Positions 35,301-64,000 of a stretch of DNA of 64,000 nt are shown here, in pieces. The DNA lies in contig JBLDXI010000010.1 of NCBI GenBank assembly GCA_047495785.1, positions 1,178,001 to 1,242,000 on the forward strand. Direction: 5' to 3'. The notes beneath the pieces are model-generated. The model was not told where the DNA came from and did no database searches. It was given only the letters and a program-made list of their open reading frames with translations. This stretch comes from Lepidodermella squamata. Taxonomy: Eukaryota; Animalia; Gastrotricha. Position numbers and translations under genes: made by a program. Numbering within the stretch: the stretch's first letter is position 1; the number at the start of each line of letters is the position of its first letter.

Positions 35301-38300
35301 TAACGTCCTCGAAAATTGACGGCTGGTTCTCTACTGATATGACATTCAATTCCGGACTCCTCGGCGCTTCCTACGGAGCCTTTGCAACTGATGGATCTTC
35401 GCCTGCTCAGTACATCGGGTTCGACGATGATAGATTGAAGCTCACAGCATCTTGGACGGTTGCATTTTACGTTAACGTATTGGCAACAACATCAATGCCA
35501 CTTGTGGAATGGACCCAGCTGAGCGTGACATATGGCGCCCACATTTGGCAGAACGGAGGGGCTAATTACTTATATATGCGAAACGGAATCAATCAGCAAA
35601 CTCCCTGCAATATGTCTTACGGCTGGCAGTTCGTTGCAGCGGGCTACTTTGCCGCGAATAAGACTCAGTTTTTGTTCTGCAATAATGCCATTGTCAACGT
35701 TCTAGTCTCACCTGGTGCTGAACCAGCGACCCCGAGAATGCAAATAGGATACAGGTTCGATTCAGATCTATTTCTCGTCTAAATGTTGATGATCCGGTTT
35801 TCAGGAGAACAACCAGCGTTTCAAATGCTAAATTCGCATGCGTTTCTTATCATAATGCGGCCTTGGATGCGAATCAACTGCTAGACGTTAAGAAGACCTG
35901 TACATTTTTCTCCAGTGAGTTTCTGTTCATGATGTTTGGTAACAATGAGTTGATTTCATTCTCGTAGCTCAATGCTTACCGCAGTGTGAGAATGGCGGTA
36001 CTTGTATCGGGTTCAACTTGTGCAGCTGTGTGGCGGACTACACGGGCGATAGATGCCGGTTGCGTAAGTTCGACTTGCATTAATTCTCAATATAAATTCC
36101 GGCCTCTTTCAGTTGTTACAAAGCAGCCACAAATTCAATCAGTTTTGGGGAATCTCACCAATCTAATCGCTTATTGGCCGCTTAGTGCTGATTATGGAGC
36201 GAAAGACGCGTACAGGGTAACGGCTAACGACGGCTTCTTCACGACCCCAGCCGTTGAATGGGTCGAGGGTCCAACAGGAACGCCAAGCGGGGCTTTCATG
36301 GCTGGCAACAGTCCTGATGGGGGAGCTCCAAATCGTTACTTCGAGATCGCATCTAGTAAAGTCAATTTCACAAACAGCCAATCGTTCACCCTTGCGATGT
36401 ACGTCTCGCTGATCCAACTCGGAGGCGGGCAGTTGATGTTTCAGTTCACGCAGCAATCTAACGGATACGAGCTGCATATGGAGCATTATCAGAAGTATAA
36501 TATAATATGGGTCAATTCAGGCCAAGGTTCCTACGAGCCGGCATGTGTCATCACAAAAGGCTGGGTATTCGTCGCTTATGTGTATGACGGCCCTTCAAAA
36601 ACTGCGTCTTTCTTTTGTAACGACTCATTTGCTACCAACACGAAAACCTACGGGTCGATTCCTACTGGGAATACAAGACGCTTAAACATCGGCGGGCGGT
36701 GAGTGATCTATTGGGCCAATGAGTGACTATGCGGCCAAACAGTGACTTTTAATTTTAGGCCACCTGTAGGATCGGTTTATTCCAAATATGCTTGCGTATC
36801 CCTGTTTTCGTCAACCCTCACGGCGGCCCGATTGCTATCACTGAAACAAGTATGCGGCTCATTCGAGGTGGTTTGTAATCCACCGTGCAAGAACGGCGGA
36901 TACTGCGCCAGCATCCAACAATGCGTCTGCCCACCTGGATATACAGGAGCTACTTGCGAAACTGGTGAGATAATTACCGTGAATCGCTATGGAAATTTGT
37001 AGTTTCCCGGTTTTCAGGTGGCTGTGCTTCACTTTGCCAAAATGGCGGTACATGTGATAGCTCAACTAAAACTTGCAAATGCACCACGCATTACACCGGC
37101 AGTACTTGCGAGACGCGTTCGTTTCAGAATGTTCTCTCATTTTCGACTCGAATCAATTAGTTTTCAATTTCAGCTGCCTGTATCCCAGACTGCAGCAATG
37201 GTGGAACGTGCTTGGCTAACAACACCTGCAAATGCCCACCTTTGTACAGTGGACAAAAATGCGACGACTGTAAGTTTGAACCCTATCGACAGTTAAATCT
37301 TTATTGCAGAAAGCGAACTTATATTTTCAGACGTTTGTACACCAAGTTGTCAGAATAGTGGCACATGTGATAGCTCAACTAAAACTTGCAAGTGCAACGC
37401 CTATTACACCGGTAGTACCTGTGAGACGCGTTCGTTTCGGAATTGTCTTTCATTGTGCCTCAACTTATTTTTTCTTCTAATTCAGCTGTATGTATCCCAG
37501 GTTGCAGCAATGGCGGAACGTGCTCAGCAAACAATACCTGCAAATGTCCATCATCGTACGGTGGACCAAATTGCGACGACCGTAAGTGGAGCTGAAGGCT
37601 TTACCAACTAATCTTCTAATTTGCAAAATCAGAGAGTGCACTAATAAAATTGTTTAAGACAGGCTAATAATTTTACAGTGTGTCCAGGAAATTTGTGAAA
37701 AGTTATTCTCGCACTGTTTCGTCAATTGATGGACTTTTTTCATCCGCGGCTACATCCGTTCGAAGTTGAATTAGCCACCTGAAATCACTTATTGTCACTT
37801 GCTTAGATTATGCCGTATTTTTATAGTGATGTTGACAAGTGATTTAGAGGTCACGCGACCAAGAGAGCAACAACTCTTGATGAATTATTTCGGTACTATG
37901 TAGGGTGTCAGATCTCTTTTTTTATTTATCTATATGGAAAAATATACACTTTTCTAACTTGAAAAATGCTGAGAATATCTTCCTGAGATGCGATCTCTGG
38001 GAACAATTCAAATGCAATATATATTTTTCAGATATGTGCGACCCGAGTTGTCAAAATGGTGGTTCCTGCGATAGCTCAACTAAGACCTGCAAATGCACCA
38101 CTTACTACACAGGCATTACCTGCGAAACTCGTTCGCTTTTCTCTCGATTAGCCAGATGATTTACATTACTTATATGGTTTTCTATAGCTGTCTGTATACC
38201 AGGTTGCAGCAATGGTGGAACGTGTGTAGCAAACAACACCTGCCAATGTCCATCAACGTACGATGGACCAAAATGCGATGATTGTAAGCTAACGGCTTCA

Positions 38301-40511
38301 TCTTTCAATTCTATAGCTAATATTTAAAATCCGGGATAATTTTCATTTTTTACACATCTTCAATCTGAATTCAATTGTCAAACCTTTCTAGATCACTGCA
38401 CCCCAGTTTGCCCAGCTGGAGCTAGTTGCACTGGACCTAATATATGCACAGCCTCTTCGAGCCTGTCGCTATGTACGAAGGTGAAAACTGACATCGGCCC
38501 AAGCTGTGTTACTTGGAAAAACCAAGGACAGTGCTTATCAAATCCCGGCTTCATGTGGCCGTCGTGCCAGTCGAGCTGTACGGCCTACGCTACCTGTGAA
38601 TGTGACGTAGATCCCCGCTTCCCAGTCGATTTTAACTGCACTTGTGGAGATTGGGCCTCGACCGGTGCCTGCGAGAACGACCCGAGTGGGCAAGCTCAAG
38701 CCAGCTGTTTTTACACTTGTGGCAGGAGGCTTAGTAAGATTTTCGCGATTATCTTTAACCCAGTTAGGAAACATGAAACATGAAATTCTTCCAGGCCCTG
38801 CGAATAACTGCTCCAGTGTGCCACTGGGAATTACCTTAGCTCCCAATACCAAATGGGTTCTATCAGCGCCTCCGTTACCATCTTTCAACGGGATGGCTGG
38901 TTATATGCAGTCCGCCGTAATGATATGCGATCTCGGCTTTTCGCCTTCTTCAGCAGGAGACACCGCAATGCATATCTGCGATCCTTTCAATCCTAACCCA
39001 GCTACTGGGAACTGGTTCAAATTGAACGCCAACAGGCCTAGTTGCTTATCCGCAGCTTGCTCGGACCCACCATCATTACCTGCAGCATACTACGTCAACT
39101 CAACGACTGCGGCTAATTACAAGTTAAACGATACAGTTCGATACTTTTGTAACGCTGGCTACAACATGACTGGGTCAAAAACTGGAGAAGCCTACTGCAG
39201 CTTTAAACCACCAACGGGATGGTCTTGGGTCGATGGAACGCCCCAGTGCCAACGTACGCACATTTTATAGACAAACAGACTCGAATGATTAATTAATATT
39301 GTTTCCTTAGTACCGCCTTGCAAAGGCTTTAGCGACGGGGTAAACACGTATCACAACGTGTCGGGGAATTACTCAGGTGGCATAGCGACATTCAGCTGCC
39401 TGAAAGGGTACAAACCGATAGTCGATATCGCTCTTTTTGTCAAGACCTGTCAAAAAGATGGCACATGGACACCGATCGATCAGCCCAAGTGTTCAGGTAT
39501 TGATTTTTTGAATAAACTCAAAATTAACTTACATCTATGGCGACATCCAAGTCGTGACTTGTGGCAATCCGATCGTTGAAGATAATGCCTATCTCATTGG
39601 CGAAAAACTTGGCGTTTACTCGTTTGGGGACCAGGTGACTATGAAATGTTCGAAAGGCGCATCCAGCTTGTATATCGAACCTGGAACTGAAAACACACCC
39701 CTGTCGTCAGTAGTCAACTCATGCCTAGAATCGGGGTTCTGGTCGACTAACTCATTGTCGTGTTTACGTAAGCTTAGATACCCATCCAGAGATCTCATTT
39801 GATTTCTCGAAATACCTAGTTGTTAGCTGCGACATCCCACCCAGCTACGAGATAGGAAACTACAGAATTCTGAACGCTACGTCTGATACCCAAACGCTGG
39901 TTTACGACAGCATTATCGCATTTGAATGCGACTGGAACCAAGGTTTCGAGCCGAGTAAGAACCAATCTAACATCTACGCCTATTGGAGATGTAACGAAAA
40001 CTCAACTTGGGACAAGCAGCCACTCTACTGCTCGCAAAATGCTTTATTGGCTGCCCCAAAGGCTGTGAAGCAGAAGGTCTACGAATCTACAACTGCAGTT
40101 GCAACTGCTTCTATGGTTCTAGCAATCTGCGGTTTTTTCTTCGGAATGGTCGTCTGCTTAGACTACATGACTCTCGCCAGAGATTTGAGCCGCTTGAGGC
40201 ATAATTTCAATCATTTCCTGAAGCGTATTCGAGACGCGGGTCGATTGAGACAGTTACATCATCTTCGAGCAAAAATACGAAACAAACACGCCGCCGAAAA
40301 CTATTTGCAGCGACTTGAAGATGAAAAGGAAGCTAAGAAACTGGCTTCAGCCGGATTAGCTAATCCGTTGGCTGAAGGTCAGCTTGTTGCGAATCCATTA
40401 AGCGGGCAAGCTCGGCCGCTCTCGAGCGATGTCTCTAGGCAAAACGGGCAGAATATAGACGGTACAATGGACATACCAGAATTCGAACCTATGGCGTACC
40501 AGAGTGAATAG
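32393..40511 (+). CDS. G4: close paralog of G1 but with a 6-exon G5-type EGF stalk
   Basis: ATG 32393 (MKLLWTLLIVSFTSVFC). LamG, ShKT, sushi, TM and tail are nearly identical to G1. Stalk exons at ~37018-37116, 37174-37269, 37331-37429, 37486-37581, 38032-38130, 38189-38283; stop TAG 40511. Confidence 0.88.
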
Positions 40512-40791
40512 TATTGCTTTGAAAAGAATCCCTAAAGAAAAAGTTTTGTTAACATTCGTTATCTAATTTCCTAAGCTACAAGTCATTTATCATTCTGAGA
40601 TCGATCGAGCTTTTGTTGACCGTATTATGAATAATAAAAACAGAGGGAGCTTTCGAGAAATCAAACTGGGTCTCGCCGACAGTGCCCTTGACGTAAGTTA
40701 TTAACGTTGAATAATTTATAACAAGTGTCGGGCAAAAACATCAGTTAATTTTTTCCGGTTAACAATTTCATCTTATTGAGTAAAGTTCAAG

Positions 40792-48617
<7,826 letters not shown>

Positions 48618-49341
48618 GATGTGTGTTATACCGTAAAATATCGAATTGTCAAAGCTACTCGACCTATATTTCTGGGGACAATTCTATATTTTGTTGCCAT
48701 CTCAGAGAGCTGTGTGTTTTTGTTTAAAATTTTTGAATTGAAATAAAAATAATTAAATACTTGAATAAAACAGAAAATGCTATTTTTTCACCGCATGAAC
48801 AACATTGCAAATTTATGCCGAATGATGCGAGCTTTCAATATTCCTTTCTTGCAATCCGATATACATATATTTCACAGAACAGCGTGAATCCCACTGGACC
48901 GAGAAGAGAAGCGTTCCAGCAAGGCTGAAATAGCACAAAAGATCTGCGATTTGAAGCGACTACTTGTAATGCCCTGCTTATCATAAAAGGAACAGAATAA
49001 TAGTGCTCCTTCGAAAACTCCATTTCCGCTATCGTTAATAGTCATCAACCAAAAACCGCGAAGTAAAGTGAGATGTACATTTCGTTAACCTCTCAGATAG
49101 GTGCGTGCCTCCACCAGCGGAACTGTTCAATCCTCACATCTATTCGAAAGCTGGAAGCAACAAAAAGCACTGCAATCTGCAATTTCCATGAGATTGCTTA
49201 TACTGCAAAGGAGCAGAAGGTGATGGGTTCTGAGTGGGAAAATCTGACAAGTTAGGCTCAATCGATGTAATGACCGGGAGAGGTTTCGCGAACTTCGCTC
49301 AAAATACCTGGTATTGAAATGATACCAGGGTGATTCAGGGT

Positions 49342-49733
49342 GACACAGTGGCCTAGTGGTTAGGCGACTAGCATAGGGTATGCTAGTGTGGTTCTAGTGA
49401 GGCACGGGTTCAACGCCCGAGTCTGCACAAGAATTTGTGCTCACGACAGCGGCCGACCGAAGTCGCTGGATAAAATGAAAAATTCCGGTACTCGAGTACA
49501 AGTTGAAACACTTGCTTGAGGCTCGCGATGGGGCGGGCGTAGGTTACACGTGTGCAGTGACCCATCATCACTTCCCCCGCCTCAAAGGTAGCACACGGGA
49601 GAGCTGCGGTGAAAAACCAGCGGCGAGCAATGGGGGGACAGCTGGCAACTGTCTAGGAGGAAGTGCCCCACCATCAGAAGCGCCTCCGAAAAACCGGGGC
49701 CACGGCCCCGCTGTAAATAAAAAAAAAAAAAAA
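49342..49733 (+). mobile_element. tRNA-derived SINE
   Basis: Pol III A box TGGCCTAGTGG (49349-49359) and B-box-like GGTTCAACGCC (49407-49417), a GC-rich tRNA-unrelated body, and a 3' A-tail (49716-49733). I could not fold a canonical cloverleaf and saw no clear TSD. Confidence 0.72.
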
Positions 49734-51160
49734 GAAGCGGAAATCTTTCCTTATTTTGGGTTATCGAAACATGCGCGGAATCTCATCCTGTTTCATGGCG
49801 CGACAAAACAGAATAAGGTACTCTACTGAGAAATAAAGGCTTTAAGCATCATGCGTCATCAATGAAAGCGTTAGACGTCGCAGTTAAAAGTTTCCATCAT
49901 TCTGATAAATATTTTATTCATGTTTCGAGGCGCGAAATTTTAGTCTCTGTTGGAGCTGTATGATCAATAGAGTCTTGCTATTTTTGAATTGTCTGATTTT
50001 CTGATGCAAGTACATTCCAGTCCAATTTACTGCGTCTTAAATTATTAACGAGTGCACAATTGGAGGCTAACGAGCATTTCGTTGAAAGATCGATAGCAAA
50101 GATTGACGAAACATTTAACCCGCAAAAAAAGGAAGAAAAAGAAAAGTAAAATTAAGGCGCGCGGTGAACGTTTTACACATTGAAAGTATTAAAGACGAAC
50201 GACTCGCTCAAATCAACTTGTGAATTTGGTAAAATTTGACGACGAGATTGTAGCAGCCCTGGCTACCCCGAAATAGTAGGAAAAAATGAAGAGTAAAGAT
50301 TACTGAAAAGAATTATCCGAAAATACCAAAAAGCTGGTTCACAGAATGCGCCGGGGCATAAATCAATGTATATTGCCTCTCCACCAAATGAACGGGTTTT
50401 ATTTTCGTAAACTTTCGGCTAAGAACGCGATGGAAATACAAACCTTACCCGTAAGAATTTAGGTGGCTGCTGACAACGAGAGGTCAGCTTCAGGAAGAGT
50501 CGCGAACAATCTGCTTTTTTCCATTAATTCATAATTCTCTAGGCTGTTTCATAATAGCTGCCTTACTTCTCGGTCTCCAATTCCGCAAATTCTAAATCAG
50601 CAATTTTATGTATTGCGGTGCGTCGCATCAACAGGGTTGATTTACGGGGCCGCCCGCGTTTTTAGGTTCAGTAGTATTTCTGATACGTTTTTCATGTATA
50701 TTTAGAAAATTCCAACTTTCGACCTCTCCGCCCGTAATAATTTTTAATAAGATAACAGGTAATTTATACATCGTATTTCGATGAATAAATTACCTACGTA
50801 TTTCCGAAATTAGCTAAATTGAGAATTTGAGATTAACTGAAACCAACATGTACACATGACGAGTAGCCCATCAGCATTGCGTGTCTATTTTTATAATCTT
50901 ACAAACGCGTTGGGCGCTGTTCAATTATTTTGTCTGATATCGCGCTCCTCTACATTGCCTAGACGTACCAATTGTCTGATGTCAGACATTAGAGCAATTT
51001 ATAAAACATACAGTGTGAAAAATCCATCGCGCAACTGGCCAGGGTTTTGTTGCCAATAGAGAAAATGGAGACATTTTAATAATTAATGACTTAACAGTTA
51101 CGTCTAGTCAATGGGGCATTGAAATAATATCCTTAAACTGCCATTTGACATTTTTGCAAG

Positions 51161-63559
<12,399 letters not shown>

Positions 63560-64000
63560 GCGTCTGAATTTCAACGATTGTACATATTTCAAATTTCAAA
63601 TAATAAATTCCGTGTAAATGAATGCTTGGTCTATTACGCTCTATAAAATTACGTCGTCGCATCATTTCACTGTTTCCGTTTTATTTCTTTATTATTATTT
63701 GTTATTAGAGGGATATACTATTTTCAAAGACACATAGGTATAATTTATTAATTTCAGCCTTTATAGATCGTATTCTACGACAACTGGCATCAGCATCTCC
63801 GTGTTACACACCTCCGCAGACGTATACGTTTGCCGAGCTCAATTCCGGGCCCCCCTTAGTTTCGTGCGGCCCCCAACATTAATTGCGCAACCAGAGGGTA
63901 AAAACGGACTTGTGCGCAAACGTTAAGTCGAAGTTTTTAAAAAGTACAGGGCCGCGCGCGCTAATGTCAAAAGGGTAGTTTTTCTAATGTAGGCGGTCTA

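Noticed and set aside
49342-49430. Possible tRNA gene
   Set aside because: A and B boxes are present but no proper acceptor or anticodon stems, and it continues into a body with an A-tail, so it is treated as a SINE head.

Overview
Eukaryotic (invertebrate-type) genomic DNA with very short (~40-65 nt) spliceosomal introns. Almost the whole window is a head-to-tail, plus-strand tandem array of six paralogous genes (G1 325-7361, G2 11310-22998, G3 24725-30697, G4 32393-40511, G5 40792-48617, G6 51161-63559) plus a decayed relic of a seventh (7552-8989). Each encodes a roughly 2000-2400 aa type I membrane protein (G3 is shorter): signal peptide, five [LamG/pentraxin-like ConA-fold domain + EGF] units (four in G3), a variable-length EGF stalk, two nearly invariant ShKT-like domains, five sushi/CCP domains, one TM helix and a ~110 aa cytoplasmic tail beginning with an invariant LDYMTL motif. 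The array looks like a ~32 kb segmental duplication ([G1, relic, G2, G3][G4, G5, G6...]) reshaped by patchy gene conversion. Paralogs differ mostly in a hypervariable segment of the LamG domains, in EGF stalk length, and, in G6 only, by an intronless AbfB/CBM42-like beta-trefoil exon. G3 carries several lesions. Introns and spacers hold a DD35D pogo/Tc2-type transposon, hAT and Tc2 MITEs, an RTE-type LINE fragment, a tRNA-derived SINE and a 3.9 kb CCC..GGG (CACTA/EnSpm-like) element containing a perfect 95 bp hairpin. My best candidate for an undescribed system is a diversified, modular lectin-like receptor family (pattern or allo-recognition). Domain calls are by eye, without HMM searches.
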